Assembly (NCBI RefSeq): GCF_006345805.1
Contig: NC_042997.1
Span: 46,376,001 to 46,440,000 of the forward strand
Origin: Octopus sinensis
Lineage: Eukaryota
Reading direction: 5' to 3'
DNA length: 64,000 nucleotides
Shown: positions 38,311-52,325 of the stretch, in pieces
Layout: each line of letters begins with the position of its first letter
How positions within the stretch are numbered: the first letter of the stretch is position 1
Program-made: the position numbers and the translations under genes
Notes under the pieces: generated by a model
Told to the model about the DNA's origin: nothing
Seen by the model: only the letters and a program-made list of their open reading frames with translations
Database searches by the model: none

Positions 38311-39280
38311 TCTACTTCTGTCACAAAGCAGAGGAACCATGTTGTGACCCACTATGGTGTGGTAAACTTTGAGACCTAGTCTAATTGTAATCGTGCCACA
38401 TGGAAACCAAAAGACGAATGATCACAATAAGCGGTCAGTTACCCTACCCTAGTCGTTACCACTCCCAATGTAGGATTCCTCACCATCCAGATGACAGGCA
38501 CAGCTGTAAGACGCATTACGGATCTATAGCAATTGGAAGGGCGTGACCCAACTGAAATAAACATTAACAACTGTGTGACGTGAAGGCTAAGGAGAAAGGA
38601 AAGTGTCACCTCTGGATTTTGCAAATGACCACTATACTGATACGTAACTGGACAGAATAAATATACAATCTATAAATGTCTTTGAATAACCAGTTGTTCA
38701 TCTGGGGAGGCCTTGAAATCAATATTACCATCTGGGGACTATGTGTGACCCAGTGATAAAAAAACTGAAAAGAGGTCTGCAATCAAATAAATTTTACTCT
38801 ACACTTTGCAACTGAATCAGTGGAGGCAAGGATGCCTCTCATTTACTTGACAATTTATGCACCACATTGCAGAAATCACAATGTAAGTGTATGTCAAAGC
38901 AAACTGTTACACTGTTGTGCCATTGAATTAGAAATAATGCCCAACTTTTTATGCTCGGGTAACCCTACAGCTTCCAAGAGCACAACTGTATTCACTTTTA
39001 CTTAGATAAAATGACAAAATTGTGGGTGTTAAGTCCCCATGGAGGGGTCTTTCTAACTTTGTAAGAAGATGAAATTTTATAAATATTACTTTATTTGTGT
39101 CTAATATCTATGGTTATAATTTCATCAACAGCAAAAATATATGAATTGTCATGGGAGTTATGGCCCTTATGCATAGAATATAATTTCCAAATTTCATAAA
39201 GATCCATTCAATACTTTTGACCTAGTTTTGGATCATAAAAGAAATGACTAAAATTGGGAGTTAAGGCTCCCATTAGGGTG

Positions 39281-39349
<69 letters not shown>

Positions 39350-39364
39350 AATATATATATATAC

Positions 39365-39440
<76 letters not shown>

Positions 39441-39782
39441 CATATATATAGATAGATATAGATATAGATATAGATACACACACACAAACACACACACACA
39501 CACACACACAGATACACAAAGATAAATTAATAGATACAACTGAGTGGGCAAACAAAAATATGAGACACAGCCTAGTGCTTTTTTATGTTGATAAGCCTAG
39601 TACTTATTGTATAAGTTTGTTCTTGTGAAACCAGTAAGTTTTGTGGATGTAAATAAATGAACAGCAGCTCTGAAGCAGTGATGAGGGCGAAACACAGACA
39701 CAAAGACACACACATACACTTACATATATACATATATATACGATTGATTTGTTTCAGTTCCTGTCTACGAAATCCATATATA

Positions 39783-40875
39783 TTGTTGTTGGCATCCTTT
39801 TTCTCTCGGGAGACAATGGAGTTGCGCATAAAATAATCTAGTCCGGCTTTTACATTTCATGTCCTAATACATCTCCTGCTGTGGCTGTGTAGTCCTATCC
39901 TCCCTCTGGCTGGTGCCGCAAATGTAGCGAAGACTTTGCCTGGCTGGTTGTAATGTCATACTTTCTTGTTGACGTCTTTTCTTGTCTTTCCATTTCTCCT
40001 CTCTCTCTCTCTATGTCACTCCTTTGTGTTCCCTCTTTTACGGTACGTCGCCAATCTCCACGGTTGCTGGCAACTGCTTCCCAGTTGGTAATATTGATGT
40101 TGCAGGCATTCATGTCCCTTTTGCAAACATCCTTGTATCGTAAGAACGGTCTTCCTACAAACCTAGTGCCCCTAGCAAGCTCTCGTTGAGTATGTCCTTG
40201 GGGATTCTGCCATCTTCCATACGGCTAACATGTCGAAGCCATCTCATACGTCTTTGTGTGAGGAGTGTAAACATGCTTGGTATTCCTGCTTGCTTGAGGA
40301 CATCTTTGTTGGGGACATGATTCTGCCATTTGATGCGTAGGATTTTCCGGAGGCAGCGCAGGTGAAAGATTTTTAGGCGACGTATGGCGTCGTATGGCGT
40401 GTGTATGGTGTAAAAGTCTCACTTCCATACAGTAGAGTTCTAAGTACACATGCCTGGTAAATCTTCATTTTTGTGGTCTTGATCAGCTTATTGTTGTCCC
40501 ATGCCCGTTTGGAGAGTTGGGCCATCACATCAGCTGCCTTGCCAATGCGTATATTGAGCTCAGTATCAAGGGATAGGTTGTAGGTGACAGTAGAGCCAAG
40601 ATAGGTAAACTTCATCTCCTCCTGTAGTCTGCGGTCTCCAATATGTATGTTTGGGATAGTCGATGTAGCCTGACCCATGGTGTTGGTCTTCTTGAGGCTT
40701 ATAAATAAGCCAAAGTTGCCACATGCTTGCTCAAAACAGTTGATGAGCCTTTGTAGGGCTTCTTCTGTGTGTGATACCAGAGCGGCATCATCAGCAAATA
40801 GCATCTCCTTGATTAGGACGCTTCTGATTTTGGTCTTGGCACGCAGACGCAAGAGATTGAACAGTTTCCCATCAC
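39783..40875 (-). mobile_element. RTE-clade LINE 3' fragment
   Basis: [48 protein letters not shown], and a 3' end CCATTGTCTCCCGAG..GGATGCCAACAACAA. Confidence 0.92.
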
Positions 40876-40935
40876 TGTATGTATGTATGTATGTATGTAT
40901 GTATGTATGTATGTATGTATGTATGTATGTATGTA

Positions 40936-43880
40936 TGGTAGAAGGGGAAAACTGTGATACTTGGTTTGATGTTACCGGCACATCTCTCTATGTGCTTACT
41001 TAAATGAATAGTCCGTATTGAGGGAATCGGATCTGCTGTTTATGTAGAGTGTCTCTATGTCATACACGTCTGTCTTATATAGTTATGTTCACAACCCGAG
41101 CAGGTTATTACATAATTTAGATTCTCAGGTACAAGTGAGAGCTGGTTTTAATTGTGAACCTCTCTCCTTGTTTGAAAATAGAATCTGAGCATTCAAGTAG
41201 GTTAGGGCATGTTCCACAGTTTGGGCGTCTACATTTTTAACCGTTGGTTTCGTTGTTGTTGTGTAAAGCCTCGCGTTTGTCAGACGTCTCTTTAGCGATT
41301 TGTATTGCTTTTAGTATTTGATGAGTTTGTATATTTTCAGGATGTTGTTCTTTTTGGGTCTCTAGTTAGTAAAGGAAGATTTTTCACAATAGTGTTGTAT
41401 GTTTCATAGTTTCTAGGGTTTGCATAATAGTGTTTTGAGAAGAGGTGTGGTGTTATGTTTTGTTGTCCTTAGTGTTTTTATGTATAATTTTTTGGCACGC
41501 TTCGTCTATAAGTAAGGGAGTATATTGTCTTTCAGTTAGTGTTGTTCTGAAGTCCCGAGTAGTTCTATCAGACACTATTGTGCAAATCCTTTTTGCCAAA
41601 TTAAAGGTGATAGTAATTTTGATGTGTTTCGAGTTGCATGTGCTAAAAAGGTGATAATACTTCGAGTCCGTTGGTTTATGAGAGACGCCAGTTATTATTT
41701 GGCTGTTGACTTTTTATCATAATATAAAAAAATGGGAGCTGTTCTTTGCTATATTCCATTGTGAATTGAGTGTTACGGTTTATATCATTGTGTGTTGATT
41801 TGAATTCCGAAAGTTTATCAATAGTCTACTTCCAAATGATAAAGCAGTCATCCCGGTATCTTTTCCAGTTTTCTCTTATATAATGGTGAAATGGATAACC
41901 ATGTTTTTACAGTGACACTTCATATATGGTGAATTCAAAATTACCCATTATTAGGTTCGCAATAACCGGGGCTGCTTTCGTTCCCATCGCAAATGCTCAT
42001 TTTTGACGATAGTAGGTGTCATCAAATAGGAAATAATTGTTCTGAAGAATAAACTTCGAAGATTCAATAATAAAGACCTGATTTATGCGTTCCGTTTGTT
42101 TCGTAGTTTACAGAATCCTTTTGGGGACATAACTTTCGCAAGCCAAGAGGAGGTCGAAACTGACATTTCAGAGTTCTTTGCTTTGAAACAAAAAGAGTTT
42201 TACATTGATGGGATTAAAAAAGCTTGCAAATAGATGGAAGGAAGTCGTAGATGATCATGGAAAGTACATTGGTGATTAAATTACAATTAAATATAACATT
42301 TGATCATTTGTTTTCTTTATTCAAAATTCGGACAGAACTTATGGGATGACCTGATAGATTTTTCCATTCTAAATTGTTGAGGCTTGAATTAATTTTTCGT
42401 TCATGGAAATTATATGGGAAATTTTGGATATGGTCACTGAAGTTATCTGATGTATTATTCCTACCTTTAGGTGGAAGATTCTGTTTTTAACCAGTGACTC
42501 ATCTTCGTTGGGTTGGGGGTAAGTTTTAATCCTTTAGCCAGTATACTGATTTTTGTTGCTGAGAGAGTTTTCTTTGATAAATTTGTTACTTTGGGCTTCT
42601 GTAAGTTTTATTCCAACGAGCGTCTCTGTTTCTCTCCACTCGGTCTAAAAAATGTTTACTGTAATTTGGTTGGTAAAAGTTATCAGTATTATTATTGTTA
42701 TTATTCATTATTTTGGGATTGCTGGGAGGTTGGTGTTGCTGCCTGGGTAAATTGGTTGGAAGTACGTGGTTCGGGTTTCTTCGCTAGAATATATTTTTGG
42801 GGTGCTTGATTATGTTTTGGGATGTTGAGGAGTTGGTTGTGCTGTCTGAGTAAGTAGGTTTTAAAATCCTAGGTTGACTTTCTTCGTTGAGTGGAAGAGG
42901 AAGTCCTTTGGACGTTTCTTGTTGCTGGGGAGAAACAATTATTCCTAACCCTAAGTAAGTTTGTCCTATAATTTCTTATTAGTGAGTTGTCCCTATTACT
43001 ATATTGAGAATGGTTTACTTCCAGGTGAGAAATCAGTTTTGTGTGTTTGTGTTCTTTTGAATGTTTATAGTTTAATGTAGGTGGACGGGTATTTGTTTCT
43101 GTAGATGTACTTGTTCTAGATTTTTTTCAACAAGGAGTTATCTGAGATATAGTCTCTTTTAATCTGGATTTCGTAACTAAGGAAAAAATTAACACTGTTT
43201 TCTCACGCATGCAGAGAACACATTTTTTCCGGCTCACAGCTGCCTTTCCATAGTTTTATAACACTTTCCAAAAGTTGGTGATCAGCATGTTTTATGAGTT
43301 CGGTGTGCATCTATTCATCGATCGATTTATATTTTTGTTCGTTATTCGAGACTCTGAGTTTAAGTAACTCAATCTCTATTTTCATTCTTTCTAGTTTTAA
43401 TTTCTCCCTAAGTTTTCTTTGTTGTTCAGGTTCTTCTGGGATTAGTTTCATTTGTATTTTTTGTGTGATAGAATTAATGTTGTTGAGTTAATCCATTTTT
43501 CATATGTTTCTGCCTTATTATAATTTTTTATCAAAACGAAAATTTTCTAGAATTAAGATTTTTGGACCAAATACGATTAATGTGGCTTTTTATTAAACAT
43601 GCTGACATTGGTATATTTTCTTTATGGTTTAGGTATTTGGGGGATGATTCATTTTAATTGAGAGCAATGTTATGCATAGGTCGTTCAAATTTTGACTAAC
43701 CGTCTCTGTAGTTTCTCTTCTCAGTTTCTTCTCAGGTGCGATAATATATTCAATCGATTTTGTTAGAGTAACTAAATTTGAGTTAATTTCTTTTAATTCA
43801 TTCAATATGTCCTCGTTGGTAATTTTATCCGATGTGTTTGTGGTAGGTTTCGGTGGTATTTTCCGTTCCACGTGTGGTAA
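40936..43880 (-). mobile_element. Decayed Penelope-like element (RT + GIY-YIG-type endonuclease)
   Basis: Reverse strand: VTNLSKKTLS..LAKGLKLTP (42515-42590), AMGTKAAPVIANL (41952-41990), WKRYRDDCF (41841-41867), HKPTDSKYY, CRRPNCGTC and YVITCSGCEHNYIRQT (41068-41113). Confidence 0.88.
42108..42354 (+). mobile_element. Mariner 3' fragment with right TIR nested in the PLE RT region
   Basis: TFASQEEVETDISEFFALKQKEFYIDGIK..RWKEVVDDHGKYI; TIR GAACTTATGGGATGACCTGA + TA. Confidence 0.8.
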
Positions 43881-43987
43881 ATAGTAGAAACAGAAAGGGA
43901 GGAATTTCGATTATCCTCACCAGTTGAGTTGTAATATAAGAAATTAAAGGAAAATGCACAGATTTTACGAAGTTTTAATATAATTTA

Positions 43988-44019
<32 letters not shown>

Positions 44020-44031
<12 letters not shown>

Positions 44032-44390
44032 GGCAGTTTGTTTGTGCGTGTTTCTGTGTGTCTGTTTGCTTGTACCTTCACCCTGACTACGGCTTTCAAC
44101 CGATTCTGATGAAACTTGACACACACATAGCCCAATGTCATAATTCAAAACTAACGCAGCGAAAATTTTGAAAAGTTCCCCCAGTTCTGAAAAAAATCGA
44201 TAAATTCGACATGGGGTCCAGAATCAGAAACACAAACTGTCTAGGGGACGCAACTCCACCTTTTTTAACTAAAAAAAAAATTACCATCATTTTTTTCCAT
44301 TTTTTTTGCTATTTTTTGGCTATAACTCTCTAAAAATGCTTTATAGTTATTTCCTTTACAAACCTGAGCAACGCTGGGCGATACTGCTAG
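44020..44390 (+). mobile_element. Non-autonomous Helitron
   Basis: 3' end CCTGAGCAACGCTGGG hairpin followed by ..ACTGCTAG (CTRR) then T. The 5' part has TATAAACGG..(GTTT/GTCT) repeats and AACCGATT..GAAACTTG, as in Lep1/DINE-like Helitron derivatives. Confidence 0.75.
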
Positions 44391-44400
44391 TATATATATA

Positions 44401-45162
44401 AAGTTTTGGTGAGTCTCGCTCAATTTCCTGTGGATTTTCAAGCCCCCATATCCGAACGTTATGCCTATTGCTTTGCTATTCAAGTGAAATGTCGCCTCAT
44501 CACTAAAAATGATTTTTGTCTATAGGTTATCATTATCTTCCATTTATTGCTGGATATTCTCACACAATTCAAGTTTCGTTCCATTATCTTTCGGCTGAAG
44601 TGTTTGGATTAATTGCAGCTGGTAAGGCTGAAACGTTATCTTTCGGCTGAAGTGTTTGGATTAATTGCAGCTGGTAAGGCTGAAACGTTAGGTGTTTGTG
44701 TAGCTTCTTGCAAACTGTGCTTCTGGGTGGAGGTGTAATTCCCGGCTATCTCTTCATATTGACTTTTTCTTCTAACTCGATCAATAACTTCCTCTGAAAC
44801 TGATGGTCGGCCAGAATGTCCCTTTCTCTGATCACAGATACACCCTTTCTGACTAAAATCATTGTGGACATTGGTGTAAGTGGAATCGTATAATACTTGA
44901 GTCTGAAAGCACGTTGCAGGACCACAAGACTGTTTAATCTTGCAAACTACAGTACACACCAACTGTGTTGCTGTGGGGTGGCGGCCATTTTCAGATTTCC
45001 TTCCACCCCTGTGGTTTTCCTATCAAAGATATCTAATAATCTGAAAACAAAGTGAAATAACTGTTGTTCGAGAATCGGTTCACAACATGTTTATCAATTT
45101 ATTTGAATTAATTTAAATATTATAACATCGTGAAATCAGGGAGTGTTTTTGTGGACAACATG
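44401..45162 (-). mobile_element. 5' half of a rosa/DD41D-like Tc1/mariner element
   Basis: [62 protein letters not shown]. TIR-like end GAAATCAGGGAGTGTTTTTGTGGACAACATG + TA. Contains a 52-bp duplication. Confidence 0.82.
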
Positions 45163-46266
45163 TATATCGTAAAACCTCTTACATAATACACATTATGTTC
45201 TTAAACTGTAAAGCTTTTATCGCACCTACTTTTATTTGCTTAAGTAATAATACAATAATGTATGAAGACATTTACAGATACAAAATGTTGGGGGCGATTA
45301 TGACTGAAATACTTTTGACTTGACTATTCTATCAAGATGAACATTATGTTACGCGTGTTTCCGAAACTGTGCGGACTATCAAAGATAATCTTTAGAATTA
45401 ATTAACTATCGTTTGCAGCTACATATTTCTTTCAAGACGTGGAAACAGACTAAAGTATGTTGATGTACCAGATAATAAATTCATGATAAATTTGCTCATA
45501 GATTCCTCTGTTGTAAAGCACTTTCGATTATTATTGAGAAGTATTTTTTGTTATCTTAGGTTACTATTGGAAATAGTAAATGTAAGTGACATTCTTATTT
45601 TTCCTGTCATAATATTGTCTCTATAGACATGCTAATTTGCGGATTAAAAGTGCTTAAAAAAAAGTTAATGGTAATCAGAAATGGTAAATTGGTTTAGAAT
45701 TCACATTGGAGACATTTCAGTTTCAATTTACGTTGTTAGCAAACGTTAAAAAAAGCAACAGATTACTTGTTATTTAAGGATCAGCCATGTGTATTTAATT
45801 TGTTTGCGAATAACTGAACCTGACTATAATTGATAGTTGATTTTTGTTTAGTTGTCAGATTTGTTGTATTTTTACTATGTAAAAGTACGTAAAATTCTTG
45901 TACAACTTCTCTGTGTTAAACACAACATATTGATTGCAAATAAGTTAATGATAATTGCATACACAAAATTTCACATGTTGGATAATGTGACGCATTGTTA
46001 TTCTCTGCAGATTGTTTTGCCAAAGTGACGCCATTATGCATGTAGCTAAACTATACGTGAATAAGATTTATTGTGATTTACGAAAGACTAGGCGTTCCTA
46101 GAATCGAAGGCATAAATTCGTAAAAAAGCAATAATCTAGTTGGAACACGTGACTTCATTATCCCAAATATCTTCCGAAGCACCTAAAATATACGATTAGA
46201 AGCACAACATTAATTATCTGATGTAAAGCATAATATAATTGTATATATGTATGTGTGAATGTATAA

Positions 46267-46318
<52 letters not shown>

Positions 46319-46489
46319 TTAAATATATAAATATATATATATAGAGAGAGATATAGATATAAGTATATATATGTGTATATATACATACATATATGTATGC
46401 ATGTATATGCAATGAATTTATACATTTAAGAATAGTCTGACTTAGTTCCCCCTCACCCACCATGTATATATATATTGTTGTCTTTTTTT

Positions 46490-46666
46490 GTGCCTTGCTA
46501 TTTAACACACTCACCGATACAGTTTCTATTCATTTCTTTATTTTTTCTAAAATTGTCGCTGCGTCTTGCAGCCTTCTCGATAGTTGTTGACTCAGTCCGT
46601 TCTCTGAGCTTGTTTTTGTTTGTTTGTTTGTGTGCATGTGTGTGGTCAGTGTGCGTGCGCATACAC

Positions 46667-46697
<31 letters not shown>

Positions 46698-47115
46698 TGT
46701 ATGTATGTATGTATGTATGTATGTATGTATGTATGTATGTATGTATGTATGTGCATGCATGCATGCGTGTATATGCATATAGATATGTATATATGTTTGT
46801 ACGTGGGTGTGTGCACATTTATATTCTGCATATTCATGTGTTTGTGGTTTGTGTGTTAGTGTTTCTGTGTTTTTTTTTTGTGTGTGTATGTATTTGCATG
46901 TGTGCATATGTGTACATCTGCCCCCTCGTGTGTATGTTTTTGTGTGTTTTTGTGACTATGCACGTGCGTCTGTTATGTATGAATATTTGTCACCATATGT
47001 GTCCCTGTGTGAAGTGTACATGTGTGTATATGGTTATGTGTTTCAGTCTATATTTGCGTATGTATGTATGTGTGCGTGTCTGTTCATATCCATATACCTA
47101 GATACATATACACAT

Positions 47116-47212
<97 letters not shown>

Positions 47213-47460
47213 CGTACATACATACATACATATATATATGCATACACACGCATACGCATACATGAATACACATACATACGTGCTTACATACATATGTGTA
47301 TGCACACGCACATGCGCAAAAGCAGAATGAACGCAGCTCACAGAACAGAAAGAGCCAACGACTATTGAAAAGGTTGCAAGACGCAACGATACTTTCAGAA
47401 GAAATGAAGAAGTGAATGAGTGGAAACTGAATCGGTGAGTGTGTTAAAAGATAAGGGGCA
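46490..47460. repeat. Diverged inverted repeat (~125-bp unique arms 46490-46612 / 47335-47460) around microsatellites
   Basis: TTAACACACTCACCGATACAGTTTC..GCGTCTTGCAGCCTTCTCGATAGTTGTTG is the reverse complement of CAACGACTATTGAAAAGGTTGCAAGACGC..GAAACTGAATCGGTGAGTGTGTTAA. Confidence 0.8.
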
Positions 47461-48132
47461 AAACGAGAATGACTGTCCCTAGCTACAACAAAATAAGTTT
47501 CAACACACGAAGTCACATAAAGAATCTTGCAAACCAAACCCCAAAATGAAATCGTGTGTCGTATAGCCAGATGGAGACGATGTCTCCTGGGAGTGAACAA
47601 CAGTAGCATTCGCCCCAAAACGAGAGTGCTACATTAGGTTGTCAAAAAATCGTTACTTTATATATATTTGTGTGTGTGTGTGTGTGTGTGTGTGTCTGTG
47701 TGTGTGTGTGTGTGTGTATGTGTATCTGTATACATACGTATATATACTGCCTATCGCGAAGTTCATTCTCTTGCAAAACCACGAGAGAAACTCTGAGTTG
47801 AAGATAACGTCATATATATATATATATATATGCATAATTATATATGCATTATGTATGTATATATATATACATACATATATATATATATATATGCATACAT
47901 ATGAATTATGTATTATGAATGGATTGTGTGTATATTCGTGTGTGCGTGCGTGTCCATGTATTCCGGCTTCCAAAACAACAATTGAAAACGCAAAGAAAAT
48001 TTAGTTTCATTCGACCACATTCAATATTATTTCTAAACTGCAGCCATCATGCAAATACACACACACACACATACATTCACACACACACTTGCATATGCGT
48101 ATACATGCATATATACATGTATATATGTATAT

Positions 48133-48179
<47 letters not shown>

Positions 48180-48225
48180 ATATATATACATATATATATG
48201 TATATGTATGTAGATATATATATAT

Positions 48226-48265
<40 letters not shown>

Positions 48266-48737
48266 TATAAAAATATATATATATATTATATTATATTATA
48301 TTATATATACATATGTGTGTGTGTGCATATGCATGCGTACGTGTATGGTGCAGGTATGCTGCATTCGAATTCATTCAATTTCACGCCTTCTCAAAAAGCA
48401 ATAACGTACATGTTTAACTACCTATTTATTTGTAAAAGAACTTTTTAAAACAATATATTGAGAATAAAAGTTCAGAAATAAAACAAAATGTGGTTTGAAT
48501 TGCAAAGTAAAAAGGAAATGAAAAATACGAAATCATAGTAAAACAAACAGAAAACTACACAAATCCTTCTGCAGCCGGGAACGGTATCATTGAGTAACGC
48601 TGATTTAGGATATATTATCGTATCTGGTTGGCAATGAAGTTCGGTGTGGTTATTCATCATACGTGGGTTCGTCTTCGGATAACAAGATCGATCTTACATT
48701 CGTTTGAACGAACTTAACAATGCATATGTATATATGT

Positions 48738-48985
48738 AGGTGCGTGGCGTAGTGGTTAGGGTGTCAGCATCGTGGTCGTAAGATTGTGGTTTCGATTCCT
48801 GGACCGGGCGACGCGTTGTGTTCTTGAGCAAAACACTTCATTTCACGTTGGTCCAGTCCACTCAGCTGGCAAAATTGAGTAACGCTGCGATGGACTTGCG
48901 TCCCATCCAGTTGGGCAACACATACGCCATAGAAACCGGGAAACTGGTCCCATGAGCGTGGTTAGGCTTCAAAAGGACGCATTTA
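48738..48985 (+). mobile_element. tRNA-derived SINE with V-domain-like core
   Basis: A box TGGCGTAGTGG, B box GGTTTCGATTCC and CTGCGATGGACTTGCGTCCCATCCAG. Confidence 0.8.
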
Positions 48986-48990
48986 TTTGA

Positions 48991-49283
48991 GGAGGCACAT
49001 GGCTTAGTGTTTAGAGCAGCGGTCTCACGGTCGAGGGATCGCGGGTTCGAATCTAAGACCGCGCGATGTGTGTGTTTATGAGCGAAACACCTAAGCTCCA
49101 CGCGGTTCCGGCAGAAGGTAATGGCGGACTTCTGACTTTTCGCCACAACTTTCTTTCACTCTTTCATTCTGCATCTTGGAGTTCTCCTGAGACGGACCGG
49201 CGCCTCGTCCAGGTGGGGAACCTATATGCCAAGGAAACCGGGTAAACGACCCTTATGAGCCAGGCATGGCTCGAGAAGGAACA
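48991..49283 (+). mobile_element. tRNA-derived SINE (family C)
   Basis: TGGCTTAGTGT..GGGTTCGAATCT head; tail GAGCCAGGCATGGCTCGAGAAGGAAC followed by (TATG)n. Confidence 0.75.
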
Positions 49284-49286
49284 GAC

Positions 49287-49318
<32 letters not shown>

Positions 49319-49564
49319 GTATGTATGTATGTATGTATGTATGTATATATGTATGTATGTATGTATGTATGCATGTATGTATGTATGTATGTATGCATGT
49401 ATATATGTATGTATGTATGTATGTATGTGTATGTATGTATGTATGTATGCATGCATGTATGTATGTATGTATGTATGTATGTATGTATGTATGTATGTAT
49501 ATATGTATGTATATATGTATATATGTATGTATGTATGTTGTATGTATGTATGTATATATGTATG

Positions 49565-49598
<34 letters not shown>

Positions 49599-49676
49599 TG
49601 TATGTATGTATGTATGTATGTATGCATGCATGTATGTATGTATGTATGTATGTATGCATGCATGTATGTATGTATG

Positions 49677-49707
<31 letters not shown>

Positions 49708-49804
49708 GTAAGTATGTATGTATGTATGTATGTATGTATGTATGTATGTATGTATGTATGTATGTATGTATGTATGTATGTATGTATGTATGTATATATG
49801 TATG

Positions 49805-49838
<34 letters not shown>

Positions 49839-49868
49839 TGTATGTATGTATGTATGTATGTATGTATG
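49287..49868. repeat. ~580-bp interrupted (TATG)n microsatellite
   Basis: Directly visible; source of the 200+ aa HTYI/MYVC pseudo-ORFs. Confidence 0.97.
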
Positions 49869-50293
49869 AGTGCAGATTTGTATGTTTTGCTGTATGTATG
49901 ACTTCAGATGCATATCTACACATGCTCATATATACTTAAATGATAAACTTCTGGAAATTTTTACAGTTCCCAGAATGAACTGGATCTGTAGTCTTCGAAT
50001 CAGCTTTCTCTTTTCGGTTTAGTGAAGCCTAATTTCTCAAGATTGGTATTTAGGCAGTGTATTACATATCCCATATATACATATGTATGTATGTATGTAT
50101 GGATGTATGTAAGTATGTATGTATGTATGTATGTATGTATGCATGTATGTTTCTCTTTTGTTTTTAATCGTTTAAATTCTTTCTCTGAAGGAGTTGGTTT
50201 GTAACAAGATGCATAATTCCATCTTTGGTAAATAGCGAAATCAATGCCTCGTACTTAGGTATATAGATACATATATACATACATACACACACA

Positions 50294-50360
<67 letters not shown>

Positions 50361-50474
50361 CGTATATATATACATATATATATATACATATATGTATTTA
50401 TGTATGTATATGTATATATATATATACATTTACACATACATATATTTGTACATACATATGTATATACATATGTG

Positions 50475-50505
<31 letters not shown>

Positions 50506-50529
50506 GTATACATATATATACATATATTG

Positions 50530-50580
<51 letters not shown>

Positions 50581-52292
50581 ATATAAATATATATATAGAT
50601 ATCTTCGAAAGCTATTCTATGTATTATATTCGAGAATGTAACAGGCGTACGGAAGTAACACTCAATACATATTGGTGGAGTTGTATTTATTAACAGCTTG
50701 ACTTAGCTTCTGGTCTTAATTAAGTTTCTTAAACGTGAAAGCAAGTCGAGCACTTCGGTTGCTTGCAAGCAAAGTGAAGAAGAGTAAAGTAGCTTCTTTA
50801 TTGCAAAGATAACTTAATCCAGCCGGCTGTCGCACAGATAGATGGATGCACTCCACGTATTAAAGCAGGCGGAATATTAATGTAACTCACTCATAAATTT
50901 ATAGTATTTGGTGCGTCAGTTGCATCAGTGCTGAAGGCATTGTGTAATGAAAAATGGCTTCTGTATTAGAGAACGGAGAGTGTTTATCGTTCGATTTTCG
51001 GATATGGTAATGTATGTGTAATAACGTAGCGACAACAGATGGCTGGTAAAGGCAGAAGGCAAGGTGAAATGCTAATGTCGGTGTGTGGTACTTGGCTTAG
51101 ATGTCTATAGTGTTTTTGTTGGATCACCGAGCAGTTGGAATACATGGGGTAGTAACTGTGCGAGTAGCGAGGTTATCGAATTCAATGCCTTCAAAGGTAT
51201 CAAAAGAGAAATATGTTTTTCGTTGTGGTTTTCATAGGAGACTTAAGATGACAAATTTACTTTCACCTAGAATCTGCTGTGGCTAAGTCATCTCTACTTC
51301 GATGACCACAACTGTACATCAGATTGTAAACACTTCTCACCACCCTGTGTCTTAAGCACGGACGAAGGTGAACCACCAATTGGAGTGCTTCAATGACTAA
51401 TGACGTTAATATCGTGCCTGCTTCGACAGGTAGAAACTTCCATCTATTACCTGTTATCACTGTGTTATGACTACAGCAACGTGATCTATTGTCAAATGGG
51501 AGTTGTCTCCCTGCAATAAAGGAGCTTCCTTTGTTCTTTATTTTGCTTTCGAATATTTCCGAAGAGTTACACAAGCCTTCATTCCAACGAAAATTTAAGT
51601 AACATCACAATATATGCTAAACATTTACTCAGTATACATACATATGTGTGTGTATGTGCGTGTGTCTACCAACATACATATGTTATATCATAATATCATT
51701 TATATACACGCTTATGTATCATAGACGTACAAACACACGAACACACACACACACGCATGCACACGCACGAACACACACACACGCATGTACATACGTATTA
51801 TATGACAACGTAATTTAAAAAAAAACTATATGAATGTCTCCTATGATAGTTAAACTAAGGCGAGACAACAACTGCAAACCTTTATATGAGAACTTACGCT
51901 AAAATCGACTTAATAAAAATAGCAAAGGCACTAGATATTATACGTTACCTTTTTTTAAAGCAGAAGAGTACTATAGGGTTTATAGTCCCTGTGATTCTCA
52001 AAGACAGAAAGTAAGTTTTCATGAATAGTCTATTGAAAATAGATTTAACCAAATTTCCAGAAGGAAATTTGGTTAATGTGTCTTTCCTCCTCAAAGAAAG
52101 ACACATTCGGGTATAGAATACCCGTTATACGCAAAACACAAATGAAGAGCTTTACACAACTCACATTTTACTGCAGTATCTGATGGAAAGTAGAAATATT
52201 GAAACAATTAGTAAAAAACCCAATACAAATCGTCTTGATCGCGCGTGTGTTTGTAAGTTTGTGTATATATATTTAAGCATAAGTATATGTAT

Positions 52293-52325
<33 letters not shown>

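Noticed and set aside
43900-43930. Hammerhead at the 5' end of the Penelope relic (minus strand CTGGTGA-GGATAATC-GAAA)
   Set aside because: Core is mutated, stem II has no viable loop and stems I/III do not close; at most a remnant.
48472-48660. MMNNHTE..NDT ORF resembling a GPCR N-terminus
   Set aside because: Only 62 aa; the hydrophobic tail reflects T-rich sequence and there is no supporting exon structure.
49164-49939. Long ORFs (up to 249 aa) of HTYI/MYVC repeats, and similar YI, HT, CV, LSIY ORFs throughout
   Set aside because: Translations of microsatellites that happen to lack stops.
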